From the NCBI GenBank assembly GCA_029259605.1, contig JAJDEV010000081.1:1-22867 (forward strand): DNA of 22,867 nt, in the 5' to 3' direction. Every line of letters starts with the position of its first letter. Position 1 is the first letter of the stretch. The position numbers and the translations under genes were made by a program. Positions 1 through 8,509 of this stretch are shown here, in pieces. A model generated the notes under the pieces. That model was not told the origin of the DNA, made no database searches, and saw nothing but the letters and a program-made list of their open reading frames with translations. Source of the DNA: Planctomycetota bacterium (lineage in GTDB: Bacteria; Planctomycetota; UBA1135; GCA-002686595).

Positions 1-135
1 CCCGCAGAACGCCGTCCTCCACTCCGGCTTGGCCCCCGAAAGCCTCGCCGAATCCACCGATTCGCCTACGTTTCCGGAGACCAACCCGGAGCGGATGCCG
101 ACGCTCTGCGGGCGAAGCACTTTCGCCACAGCCTG

Positions 136-2211
136 CTAGACGAACCAGGGCAGGAAGACGAGGCCGACGACGGTCATCAACTTCACGAGGATGTTGAGCG
201 ACGGGCCGGAGGTGTCCTTGAAGGGGTCGCCGACCGTGTCGCCGACCACCGCGGCCTTGTGCGGTTCGGAGCCCTTGCCGCCGTGCGCGCCGCCTTCGAT
301 GTACTTCTTCGCGTTGTCCCACGCACCACCGGCGTTGGACATGAAGATGGCCATCATGACGCCCGTGACGAGCGCGCCCGCCAGCAGGCCGCCGAGCGCC
401 TCGATGCTCCACAGGCCGACGAGGATCGGAGCCGCGACGGCGATGACGCCGGGCAGGATCATCTGCTTGAGCGCTCCGTCGGTCGAGATCGCGACACAGC
501 GGGCGGCGTCCGGCTTGCCGGTGCCCTCCATGATGCCGGGGATCTCGCGGAACTGACGGCGCACCTCTTCGACCATGGCGAACGCGGCGTTGCCGACGGC
601 GCGCATGGTCAGGGCGCTGAACAGGAACGGCAGGATGCCGCCGAGCAGCAGGCCGATGATCACGTTCGTCGAGTTGATGTCGAGCACGAGGTTGCCCGCG
701 CCGCCGCCCGTCAGGACGCCCGCGCGGCTGCAGAACGCGCTGAACAGCGCGAGCGCCGTGAGCGCGGCCGAACCGATCGCGAAGCCCTTGCCGATCGCCG
801 CCGTCGTGTTGCCGACCGCGTCGAGCGCGTCCGTGCGCTGGCGCACTTCCGGGGGCAGCTCGGCCATCTCGGCCAAACCGCCGGCGTTGTCGGCGACCGG
901 TCCGTACGCGTCGACGCCGAGCGAAATGCCGAGCGTCGACAGCATGCCGACCGCCGCGATGGCGACGCCGTACACGCCGGCCATGTAGTTCGACAGGAAG
1001 ATCGCGACGCAGATCAGGAGCACGGGAATCGCGACCGACTCCATGCCCGTCGCGAGGCCGTGAATGATGTTCGTCGCCGCGCCCGTTTCGGACTGCTTGG
1101 CGATGTTGCGCACCGGCTTCGTGTCCGTCGACGTGTAGTACTCGGTGACCTTGCCGATGAGGACGCCGATCGCGAGACCGGCGACGATGGAGATGAGCAG
1201 CGCCATGCCGGTGCTGTAGTCGTGCGTCACACCGGTGAGCGTCTCGGGCAGGGTCAGGCCGCCACCGATGGTGAGCCAGACCGACGCAGCGACGACCGCG
1301 ATCGATGCGATGATCAGGCCCTTGAAGAGCGCAGCGTGCAGTGCGTGCTCGTCGTTCGCGCTCACGAAGAACGTGCCGATGATCGAGGCGATGATGCCCA
1401 GGCCGGCCACAGCGAGCGGAAGCAGGACGATGCCGTTCATCCCCGGGTCGCCCGCATACGCGAACGCGCCGAGCGTCATGGCCGCGATGATCGATCCGAC
1501 GTACGACTCGAAGAGGTCGGCGCCCATGCCGGCGACGTCGCCGACGTTGTCACCGACGTTGTCCGCGATCGTGCCGGGGTTGCGGGGGTCGTCCTCGGGA
1601 ATACCCGCTTCGACCTTGCCGACGAGGTCGGCGCCGACGTCCGCCGCCTTGGTGAAGATGCCGCCGCCGACGCGCGAGAAGAGCGCGATGGAGGAAGCGC
1701 CGAAGCTGAAGCCGAGGACGTTCTCGAGGCCCGCGGAGCTCAGGTCGCTCGCGTACATCAGCGTGAAGAGCGAAACGCCGAGGAGCGCGAGCCCGACGAC
1801 GCTCATACCCATGACGACGCCGGAGCTGAACGAGACGCCGAGCGCGTCCGCGAGGCTGTTCGTCGCCGCCTGCGTGGTGCGGACGGCGGCGCGCGTCGCC
1901 GTGTGCATGCCGAAGTAGCCGGCGATGGCCGACGCGGCCGCACCTGCGACGAAGGCGATGGCCGTGTTCGGGCCGAGTCCGCCTTCCGCGGACGACATGC
2001 CGATCGCGGCGGCGACGATGATGACGAAGACCGTCAACCACTTGTATTCGGCCTTGAGGAACGCGGCCGCGCCCTCCTGGACCATGCGGGAGATGTCCTG
2101 CATCTTCTCGCTGCCAGCATCGCGCTGCATGATGGCGCCGTACTTCATGACGGCGAACACGAGCGCCATGACAGACGTGACGATGGCGACGTAGAGGAAT
2201 GTGAGGTCCAT
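136..2211 (-). CDS. hppA: Membrane-bound (H+/Na+)-translocating pyrophosphatase, M-PPase/V-PPase family; GNTTAA signature suggests K+-dependent subfamily
   Basis: 691-aa multi-TM protein with the canonical M-PPase motifs [20 protein letters not shown] and [21 protein letters not shown], plus a C-terminal AKKYIE..GxxxxKGS motif. [11 protein letters not shown] has Ala rather than Lys at the K+-dependence position. N-terminus [17 protein letters not shown] is typical. Confidence 0.95.
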   Translation of the reverse strand: MDLTFLYVAIVTSVMALVFAVMKYGAIMQRDAGSEKMQDISRMVQEGAAAFLKAEYKWLTVFVIIVAAAIGMSSAEGGLGPNTAIAFVAGAAASAIAGYFGMHTATRAAVRTTQAATNSLADALGVSFSSGVVMGMSVVGLALLGVSLFTLMYASDLSSAGLENVLGFSFGASSIALFSRVGGGIFTKAADVGADLVGKVEAGIPEDDPRNPGTIADNVGDNVGDVAGMGADLFESYVGSIIAAMTLGAFAYAGDPGMNGIVLLPLAVAGLGIIASIIGTFFVSANDEHALHAALFKGLIIASIAVVAASVWLTIGGGLTLPETLTGVTHDYSTGMALLISIVAGLAIGVLIGKVTEYYTSTDTKPVRNIAKQSETGAATNIIHGLATGMESVAIPVLLICVAIFLSNYMAGVYGVAIAAVGMLSTLGISLGVDAYGPVADNAGGLAEMAELPPEVRQRTDALDAVGNTTAAIGKGFAIGSAALTALALFSAFCSRAGVLTGGGAGNLVLDINSTNVIIGLLLGGILPFLFSALTMRAVGNAAFAMVEEVRRQFREIPGIMEGTGKPDAARCVAISTDGALKQMILPGVIAVAAPILVGLWSIEALGGLLAGALVTGVMMAIFMSNAGGAWDNAKKYIEGGAHGGKGSEPHKAAVVGDTVGDPFKDTSGPSLNILVKLMTVVGLVFLPWFV

Positions 2212-2439
2212 GCCGGGGAGAGTCCTTTGGGCTTGGTTCGGGTCGAGCGGAGCGTGGCCGAGCGGACTCCGAGCCGCACTCGGCTGGCGCTCCGACCAGG
2301 GATGGCGTGATCGCGAACGGGCCCGGATCGGGCGCGACCTCCGCGGCTCCTCAGAGCGGAGGACGAAGGGGACTCAAACCCCTGTCCATCAACGATTTGG
2401 GCAAAGAGTCTAGCGACGTCGCGTCGTGCGTCAATGGGC

Positions 2440-2472
2440 GAAAAACGCGCGTTGTCCCGGCGCGGCGGGGGG
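2440..2472 (-). terminator. Possible intrinsic terminator of dedA (minus-strand RNA ...CGCGCCGGGACAACGCGCGUUUUUCGCC)
   Basis: GC-rich short hairpin (CGCGC / GCGCG arms around the 10-bp palindrome AACGCGCGTT) followed by a U5 run on the minus-strand transcript ~50 nt after the dedA stop. The stem is short. Confidence 0.3.
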
Positions 2473-2517
2473 GCGCGCTCGCCTCGCCCGAACGCGAAAT
2501 CGACCTTCTCGGCCCCC

Positions 2518-3213
2518 TCAGGGCCGATCGGCCGCGGATCCGGGCGCTTCGGGCGGGGCCTCGTCCGCGTCGTTCGCGGCCGAAGCTTTCGCAGCCGCGG
2601 CGCGCGCCAGGCGCGATCGCCGGCGTGCGCCGACGATCATGATCAGCGCCAGCGCGACCGCGACGAAGGCGAGGATCATGTGGAAGTCCGCCACCCGCTC
2701 GTTGAGCTTGTCGATCTGACCACCGAACAGCTCGCCCATGTAGATCGAGAGGGGCACCGAGATCAGGATCCCGAGCGCGTCGAGGATCGCGAAGCGCGCG
2801 TAGCGCATGCCCATCGTTCCGGCCACGAAGTAGCCCGGGATGCGGATGCCGGCGAAGAAGCGACAGGCGAAGGTCGCCCAGTTGCCGTGGTCCTCGAAGC
2901 GCTTGCGCACCTTCTCGAATCGCTCCGGATGGAGGACGCGCGCGACCCAGCGAATGCGGAGCGCGCTCGTTCCGTAGCGGCGGCCGAGCAGGAAGGGGAC
3001 GGAATCGCCCAGCAAGACGGCCGTCGAGCACACCAGCACGATGGGGAGGAACTCGACCTTGCCCTCGTGAACCAAGATCCCCGACAGGATCAGCGTGACT
3101 TCCTCGGGAATCGGCAATCCGATGCCGCAGAGGAGCAGAACGACGAACGGCCCGACGTAGCTGAACTCCCCGAAGATCCCGCTCAGGAAGCTAGTTTGCT
3201 CGATCAGGCCCAT
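2518..3213 (-). CDS. DedA/SNARE-associated (VTT-domain) family inner-membrane protein
   Basis: 231 aa, 4-5 TM helices. Characteristic DedA core: GIGLPIPEEVTLILSGILV, FLLGRRYG, ATFACRFFAGIRIPGYFVAGTMGMRYARF. Arg/Ala-rich C-terminal tail. Confidence 0.85.
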   Translation of the reverse strand: MGLIEQTSFLSGIFGEFSYVGPFVVLLLCGIGLPIPEEVTLILSGILVHEGKVEFLPIVLVCSTAVLLGDSVPFLLGRRYGTSALRIRWVARVLHPERFEKVRKRFEDHGNWATFACRFFAGIRIPGYFVAGTMGMRYARFAILDALGILISVPLSIYMGELFGGQIDKLNERVADFHMILAFVAVALALIMIVGARRRSRLARAAAAKASAANDADEAPPEAPGSAADRP

Positions 3214-3436
3214 GGATAATCCGCCTCGGTGGCCTGCCTCGTGGAGGCGGAGCCTTCAGAAGGAGGACGAGTATAGGCAGGAGCGGTCGAGACGAGTGCG
3301 TGAGTCGCGTTGAATCCTCGTCACCGAGGCGAGTAGCCACCGCTCCCTGCCCACCTGTCGATCGGCAATCACGCCGCTCGCTCGTCCGATTGCACCCGCA
3401 CTCGTCACCGACTTTGTGCGACGTCGCCTCGGGCCC

Positions 3437-3442
3437 GGGTCT
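3437..3442 (+). promoter_or_regulatory. Shine-Dalgarno (GGAGGA) for nfeD
   Basis: GGAGGA 14 nt upstream of ATG 3457, in the divergent dedA/nfeD intergenic region. Confidence 0.5.
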
Positions 3443-3456
3443 GCGGAGGATCTGAA

Positions 3457-4059
3457 ATGGACGAGATCTGGGACAAGGTCGTCAGCTGGACGAAGGACGG
3501 ATTCGCGGACTTCACGCTCGTGAAGATCTACATCGGCTGCGCGATCGCCGGCGGAACCGTCCTCATCGGCCAGACCGGCCTGAACCTGTTCGGGCTCGGA
3601 GGGGACGGCGACATCGATCCGGACATCGACGTCGACGACATCGATGGCGGCGACTCGCTGAGCTTCCTGTCGATTCGCGCGCTCGCCGGTTTCCTGACGT
3701 TCTTCGGCCTCATCGGCTGGAAGGGGACGTCGGCCGAGTGGGGCGGAGGGATCACCGCGATCGCCGCGTTCTTCGCGGGCTGCACCGTCATGGTGTTCGT
3801 CGCCGTGATGATGCGCTTCTTCAAGCGCCTCCACTCCTCCGGCACCCTGAACCCCGAGAGCGCGGTGGGCAAGACGGCCCGCGTCTATCTCAAGATCCCG
3901 GGCGCGCACGCCGGCAAGGGAAAGATCACCGTGACCGTTCAAGGACGGTCGGTCGAGTTCGACGCGATGACGTCGGGCGGCGAGCTTCCGACGGGAAGCG
4001 AATGCCGCGTCGTCTCGATGATATCGGAAGGCATATTCGAAGTTGCTCCACTGGTCTGA
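3457..4059 (+). CDS. nfeD: NfeD-family membrane protein (short form: TM helices plus C-terminal OB-fold beta-barrel), partner of flotillin
   Basis: 200 aa. N-terminal hydrophobic helices, an acidic loop GGDGDIDPDIDVDDIDGGD, further TM helices, then a C-terminal soluble region (GKTARVYLKIPGAHAGKGKITVTVQGRSVEFDAMTS...CRVVSMISEGIFEV) typical of the NfeD OB-fold. Sits immediately upstream (18-nt gap) of an SPFH/flotillin gene, as YuaF-FloT does in Bacillus. Confidence 0.75.
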   Translation: MDEIWDKVVSWTKDGFADFTLVKIYIGCAIAGGTVLIGQTGLNLFGLGGDGDIDPDIDVDDIDGGDSLSFLSIRALAGFLTFFGLIGWKGTSAEWGGGITAIAAFFAGCTVMVFVAVMMRFFKRLHSSGTLNPESAVGKTARVYLKIPGAHAGKGKITVTVQGRSVEFDAMTSGGELPTGSECRVVSMISEGIFEVAPLV

Positions 4060-4077
4060 AGTCGAGGAAGAGAACAC

Positions 4078-5739
4078 ATGCTCAACGCACCGCTACTAGT
4101 CGTGGCCCAGGGACTCACCGAGTCGATTCCGAACGCGATCATCGGACTCGCGGTCGTACTCGTCATCTTCTCGCTGATGGTGGTCCTGTCGCGCCGTTAC
4201 AAGCGCTGCCCCAGCAACCGCATCCTCGTCATCTACGGAAAGACGAACGCCGAGCGCGCATCGCGGCCGATCCACGGCGGCGGCGCCTTCGTGATGCCGC
4301 TGATCCAGGACTACGAGTACCTGTCGCTCGATCCGATGCAGATCGAGATTCCGCTGCAGGGCGCGCTGTCGATCGAGAACATTCGCGTGTCGGTGCCCAG
4401 CGTCTTCACGGTCGCGATCGGCACGGACGAGGCCAGCATGACGAACGCGTCGGTGCGCCTCCTCGGCCTGTCGACGTCCGAGATCATGAAGCAGGCGGAG
4501 GACATCATCTTCGGCCAGCTGCGCCAGGTGATCGCGTCGATGAAGATCGAGGAGATCAACCGCGACCGCGACGTCTTCCTGACCAGCGTGCAGAGTTCGC
4601 TCGAACCCGAGCTGCGCAAGATCGGCCTCGTGCTGATCAACGTGAACATCAAGGACATCACCGACGAGTCGGGCTACATCGAGGCCATCGGCCGCAAGGC
4701 CGCGTCGACGGCGATCAACCAGGCCGAGATCGACGTCGCGATCCAGCAGAAGCTCGGCGCGATCGGTGTCGCGGACGCGGAGCGCGAGCGCATGGTCCAG
4801 GTCGCGCAGCAGAACATGGCGCGCGACATCGGCACCAACGACGCCGACCGCGAGCGCCGAGTGCGCATGGCCGAGCTCGAGAAGGACCGCATCGTCGGCG
4901 AGCAGACCGCGCACTTCGCCCAGGAGGCGAGCGTTCGCGATCAGGAGCGCGCGATGCGTGTTCGCGTCGCCGATGCCAACGCGAAGGCGGTCGTCGGCGA
5001 GAACATGGCCAAGGCCGAGATCGCCAAGACGAACGCCGACCTCAAGGTGCAGGAGGCCGACGCCTTCCAGATCGGCGAGACGCGTGCGCGCGAGGCCAAC
5101 GCGGCCGTGCTCGAAGCGCAGTACCGCGCCGAGGCGCGCGCCGCCGCCGCGCAGGGCGAGAAGATCGAAGCCGAGAAGCGCGCCGAGCTGGAAGCGACGT
5201 CGCGCGCCCAGAAGGCGAAGACGATCGTCGACGCCGAGGCGGACGCCGCGATGCGCAAGATCCACGCCGAGGCCGAGGCCGCCGCGATCTACGCGACGCT
5301 CGAGGCGCGCGCCCGCGGTGAGTACGAGATCCTGGCCAAGAAGGGCGAGGGTTTGAAGAAGATCGTCGAGAGCTGCGGTGGTTCGCAGGAGGCGTTCTCG
5401 ATGCTGATGCTCGAGCACATCGACCACCTGTCCGAGACCGCGGCCAAGGCCATCTCGAACGTCAAGTTCGACAAGGTCATCGTGTGGGACAACGGCCAGG
5501 GCGAGGGCGGTGGCAACGCGGCCGCGAAGTTCCTGTCCGGGTTGGGCGGAGCGCTGCCGCCCGTCCTGCAGATCATGAAGGACATCGGCGGCGTCGAGAT
5601 GCCCGAGTACTTCGGCAAGCTCGTCGCGGGTGAGGAGCCCGAACACGAGCTGCGTCCGAGCAAGGCCGCGCGCCCGAAAGCGAAGGCGAAGGTCGAGGCC
5701 GAGCCGGACGACACGGCGCCCTCCGAGACGGACGAGTAA
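4078..5739 (+). CDS. floT: Flotillin (SPFH/band-7 domain) with long coiled-coil A/E/K/R-rich C-terminal region
   Basis: 553 aa. N-terminal membrane hairpin (IIGLAVVLVIFSLMVVLS), SPFH domain (NRILVIYGKTNAERASRPIHGGGAFVMPLIQDYEYLSLDPMQIEIPL...NIKDITDESGYIEAIGRKAASTAINQAEIDVA) aligning with B. subtilis FloT/YuaG landmarks, then several hundred residues of EA-repeat-like coiled coil. RBS GAGGAAG 8 nt upstream of ATG. Confidence 0.9.
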   Translation: MLNAPLLVVAQGLTESIPNAIIGLAVVLVIFSLMVVLSRRYKRCPSNRILVIYGKTNAERASRPIHGGGAFVMPLIQDYEYLSLDPMQIEIPLQGALSIENIRVSVPSVFTVAIGTDEASMTNASVRLLGLSTSEIMKQAEDIIFGQLRQVIASMKIEEINRDRDVFLTSVQSSLEPELRKIGLVLINVNIKDITDESGYIEAIGRKAASTAINQAEIDVAIQQKLGAIGVADAERERMVQVAQQNMARDIGTNDADRERRVRMAELEKDRIVGEQTAHFAQEASVRDQERAMRVRVADANAKAVVGENMAKAEIAKTNADLKVQEADAFQIGETRAREANAAVLEAQYRAEARAAAAQGEKIEAEKRAELEATSRAQKAKTIVDAEADAAMRKIHAEAEAAAIYATLEARARGEYEILAKKGEGLKKIVESCGGSQEAFSMLMLEHIDHLSETAAKAISNVKFDKVIVWDNGQGEGGGNAAAKFLSGLGGALPPVLQIMKDIGGVEMPEYFGKLVAGEEPEHELRPSKAARPKAKAKVEAEPDDTAPSETDE

Positions 5740-5759
5740 GCACCGACCGGGAGGATGCG

Positions 5760-5797
5760 CGCGAGCGAGGCGTGGCCACGGCCGTGCCTCGCTCGCG
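5760..5797. terminator. Bidirectional terminator hairpin between convergent flotillin (+) and MauE/Trx (-) genes
   Basis: Perfect 12-bp stem CGCGAGCGAGGC (5760-5771) / GCCTCGCTCGCG (5786-5797) with a 14-nt loop, lying exactly between the two stop codons (5739 and 5803). Only a weak T-rich tail (TCGTTTC) on the + side, as is common in high-GC genomes. Confidence 0.45.
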
Positions 5798-5802
5798 TCG
5801 TT

Positions 5803-6711
5803 TCAGTGCTCCTCGCCCGCCGCTTCGCGCGCGCTGACGATGCGACCGCCCTCGAGCTCCATGTCGCCGGGCGTCTGGATGATGTAGTCGAGCGTGTCCG
5901 GCAGCGCGACGTGCTGCACGAAGTCGCCCGTCGGCACCGCGTGCACGACGCGGTTGGCTTCCGTGTCGGTGCGCTCCTTCAGGCGAATCAGCGTGACCAT
6001 GCGCGCGCCGACCTCGGTCTGCTGCAGCGTGGCGAGGTGCTCCGCGCAGTGTTCGCACGTGCTGCGGTAGATCACCCACAGCCCGTCGAGCGGCAGGTTG
6101 GAGGAGTCCTCCATGCGCGCGTAAAGCGGCGTGTCCCACACGTCCTTGCCGACCCAGTTCTCGATGTCGAGCTCGAGCCACTGTCCGTCGACGGGTCCGC
6201 GCTCGTTCGCCGCGGAGGACGGCGCGTCGCTCGCCTGGCGGTCGAGCACCCACGGCAACACGACTCCGAGCGCGAGCGCGCCGACGACCAGCACGAAGTT
6301 CGCGCCACCGGGCCTGAGGTTCTTCCACGGCTTGGTGACGATCAGGAGCAACAGGAAGGTCGAGTCGATCGCCAGCATGACCCACGGCGGGAGCGTGATC
6401 GTCGACCCGAAGCACTTGCAGCTCTCGTCGCCGATCATCGTGAGGAGCACGGCGTCGAACGTCACGAACGCGCCGATCAGCAGGAGCCAGGCCCAGCGCG
6501 GACGCAGGAACGCGAGCGCCGCGACGCACAGCTCGACCGTGATCGCGAGGTTGTAGGTCAGGCCAAGCTCGAGCGGCAGGTCGCGGACGACCGGCGGCAG
6601 GTCGGCCGGCGTTCCGGCGAAGAGCTTGAACAGCGCGCCGGCGAGGAGCCAGGCGCCCGCGAGGCGCGGGACCAGGGCGGTCAGGGGATTCGTTCTCGTT
6701 GCGTCGCTCAT
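5803..6711 (-). CDS. MauE/DoxX-family redox-associated membrane protein fused to a C-terminal thioredoxin-like CxxC domain
   Basis: The ORF track extends to 6897, but the upstream portion is Arg/Pro-rich. Likely start is the internal Met (MSDATRTNPLTALV...) at 6711. Four predicted TM helices with the Cys-containing motif GDESCKCFG (MauE/DoxX-like), then a soluble domain with WVIYRSTCEHCAEHL (thioredoxin-fold CxxC). Confidence 0.7.
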   Translation of the reverse strand: MSDATRTNPLTALVPRLAGAWLLAGALFKLFAGTPADLPPVVRDLPLELGLTYNLAITVELCVAALAFLRPRWAWLLLIGAFVTFDAVLLTMIGDESCKCFGSTITLPPWVMLAIDSTFLLLLIVTKPWKNLRPGGANFVLVVGALALGVVLPWVLDRQASDAPSSAANERGPVDGQWLELDIENWVGKDVWDTPLYARMEDSSNLPLDGLWVIYRSTCEHCAEHLATLQQTEVGARMVTLIRLKERTDTEANRVVHAVPTGDFVQHVALPDTLDYIIQTPGDMELEGGRIVSAREAAGEEH

Positions 6712-6841
6712 GGTCGATGGTCGGGCCCGGTTGTCCGATGTCGCCGGCGGCTCGTTCCCTGGCGGGGCCCGAGGTTCTTGGCGGCGAAGGATACGGGGTA
6801 CGCTGCACGCCCGCGACCCGCCATACGCCGACCCGCCGCCC

Positions 6842-8404
6842 GTGACCACGCTCTGGACTCTCTTCGAAGCCGCGACCGCCGCGCACGCGGAGCGCACCGC
6901 CGTGCTCGCCGCCGGCGACCCGCGATCCGCGTCGACCTACGCCGCGCTCGATCGGCGCGTGCGCGCCCTCGCGCTCCGGCTGCGCGCGGCCGGCGTCCGA
7001 CCCGGCGACCGCGTGGCGCTCCTCGCGCCCAACGTACCGGCCTACCTCGACGCGACGTTCGCCGTGGCGGGTGTCGGCGCGGTGCTCCAGCCATTGAATT
7101 CGCGCTTGGCCGTCCGTGAGCTGAACGAGGTGCTCGCCGACGCGGAGACGCGCGTGCTCCTCGCGACGGCGGAGTTCGTTCCGCTCCACGCGTCGCTCGC
7201 CGGCGCGGGAGCGTCCGTCCCCTTGCTCGAGCTCGACGGGATCGACCCGGACGAGCACGACCCCGCCTCGTTCCGACCCGACGCTTCGCACGCGACCGAC
7301 CTCGCGCACCTCTACTATACGAGCGGCACGACCGGCCGGCCGAAGGGCGTCATGCTGACGCACCGCAACGTGTGCACGCATGCGTTCGCGGCGATCGACG
7401 AGCTCGAACTGGACGCGTCGGATCGCTGGGGGCACTTCGCTCCGATGTTCCATCTCGCGGACGCGTGGGCGACCGTCGCGATCACGGCCGCCGGTGGCAC
7501 GCACGTCTTCGAGCCGCGCTTCACACCGGAGGGTGCGCTGGACCGGATCGCGAACGCGCGCGTCACGATCACGAACCTCGTTCCGACGATGCTCAACGCG
7601 ATGATCGCCAATCCGCGCGCGCGGGGCTTCGATCCGTCCAGCCTGCGCATGATCCTCTCGGGGGGCGCACCGATCTCGCCGGCGCTGGTCCGGCGCGTGA
7701 TCGAGACCTTCCGGTGCGAGTACGTCCAGACGTACGGGATGACGGAGACGAGCCCGTACCTCACGCTGAGCCTCCTGCACGATCACCTGCGCGAGCTGCC
7801 CGAGGAAGAGGCGCTGCGCTACCGCGCGCGCACCGGGCGGCCGTTCGCGGGAGTCGAGCTCGAGATCGTCGACGCATCGGGAGCGCGCGTTCCGGCGGAC
7901 GATACCACCGTGGGCGAGATCCGCGTGCGCGGCGCGAGCGTATCGCCCGGCTATTGGCGTCGTCCGGAGGAGACGGACGCCGCGTTCCGCGACGGTTGGC
8001 TGCACACGGGCGACCTCGCCGTCGTCGATGACGAAGGCTACGTCAACATCGTCGACCGCAAGAAGGACATGATCGTGACGGGCGGCGAGAACGTGTACTC
8101 GACCGAGGTCGAGAACGCGCTGTCCGAGCACGCGAGCGTGCGCGAGGTCGCGGTCTACGGCGTGCCCGATGCGGAGTGGGGCGAGCGCGTCTGCGCCGCC
8201 GTCGTGCTGCACGGGGACGCCGTGGCGAGCGCGGACGAGCTCGTTGTCTGGTGCCGCGAACGCATCGCCGGATACAAGCTCCCGCGGCACATCGAGCTGT
8301 GTGAAGACCTGCCGAAGACGGCGACGGGCAAGGTGTCCAAGGCGACGCTGCGCGACCGCCACGCGTCGGGCGCGCGAGAAAACCGCCCAATCGATCGGGG
8401 TTGA
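6842..8404 (+). CDS. AMP-dependent synthetase/ligase (long-chain fatty-acid--CoA ligase, FadD-like)
   Basis: Adenylate-forming enzyme motifs: YTSGTTGRPKGVMLTHRN (AMP-binding motif I), YGMTETSP, GWLHTGDLAVVDDEGYVNIVDRKKDMI, and a C-terminal GYKLPRHIELCEDLPKTATGKVSK. Start is uncertain: GTG at 6842 gives a typical N-terminus (TTLWTLFEAATAAHAERTAV). The upstream in-frame extension to 6626/6710 is Arg-rich and overlaps the divergent gene, so I reject it. Confidence 0.8.
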   Translation: MTTLWTLFEAATAAHAERTAVLAAGDPRSASTYAALDRRVRALALRLRAAGVRPGDRVALLAPNVPAYLDATFAVAGVGAVLQPLNSRLAVRELNEVLADAETRVLLATAEFVPLHASLAGAGASVPLLELDGIDPDEHDPASFRPDASHATDLAHLYYTSGTTGRPKGVMLTHRNVCTHAFAAIDELELDASDRWGHFAPMFHLADAWATVAITAAGGTHVFEPRFTPEGALDRIANARVTITNLVPTMLNAMIANPRARGFDPSSLRMILSGGAPISPALVRRVIETFRCEYVQTYGMTETSPYLTLSLLHDHLRELPEEEALRYRARTGRPFAGVELEIVDASGARVPADDTTVGEIRVRGASVSPGYWRRPEETDAAFRDGWLHTGDLAVVDDEGYVNIVDRKKDMIVTGGENVYSTEVENALSEHASVREVAVYGVPDAEWGERVCAAVVLHGDAVASADELVVWCRERIAGYKLPRHIELCEDLPKTATGKVSKATLRDRHASGARENRPIDRG

Positions 8405-8509
8405 GGCCGCGCTCGAACGCACGATGCCGGGGCGCGGGGCGGGTATCGATCGTGTGTCGTGGGCGCGCGTGCTTGACGCCCCGTCCGAGGCCCTGATGAT
8501 GGACAGGCT

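Noticed and set aside
1-135. Partial gene at the 5' edge
   Set aside because: No frame stays open long enough to judge, and no motif is recognisable. I treat it as the hppA downstream region.
259-2310. 683-aa + strand ORF antisense to hppA (and the 121/137/227-aa ORFs nested in the same region)
   Set aside because: Arg/Asp/Glu/Gly-rich with no hydrophobic core and no recognisable motif. It lies exactly opposite a gene with unmistakable homology. This is a typical stop-codon-poor antisense artifact of ~70% GC DNA.
6626-6841. Upstream extension of the acyl-CoA ligase ORF to ATG 6626 or 6710
   Set aside because: The extra 44-72 residues are Arg-rich and unstructured (RRGTRAVRGF..., GSWRRRIRGTLHARDPP...) and would overlap the divergent MauE/Trx gene start. 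A conventional ligase N-terminus begins at GTG 6842.
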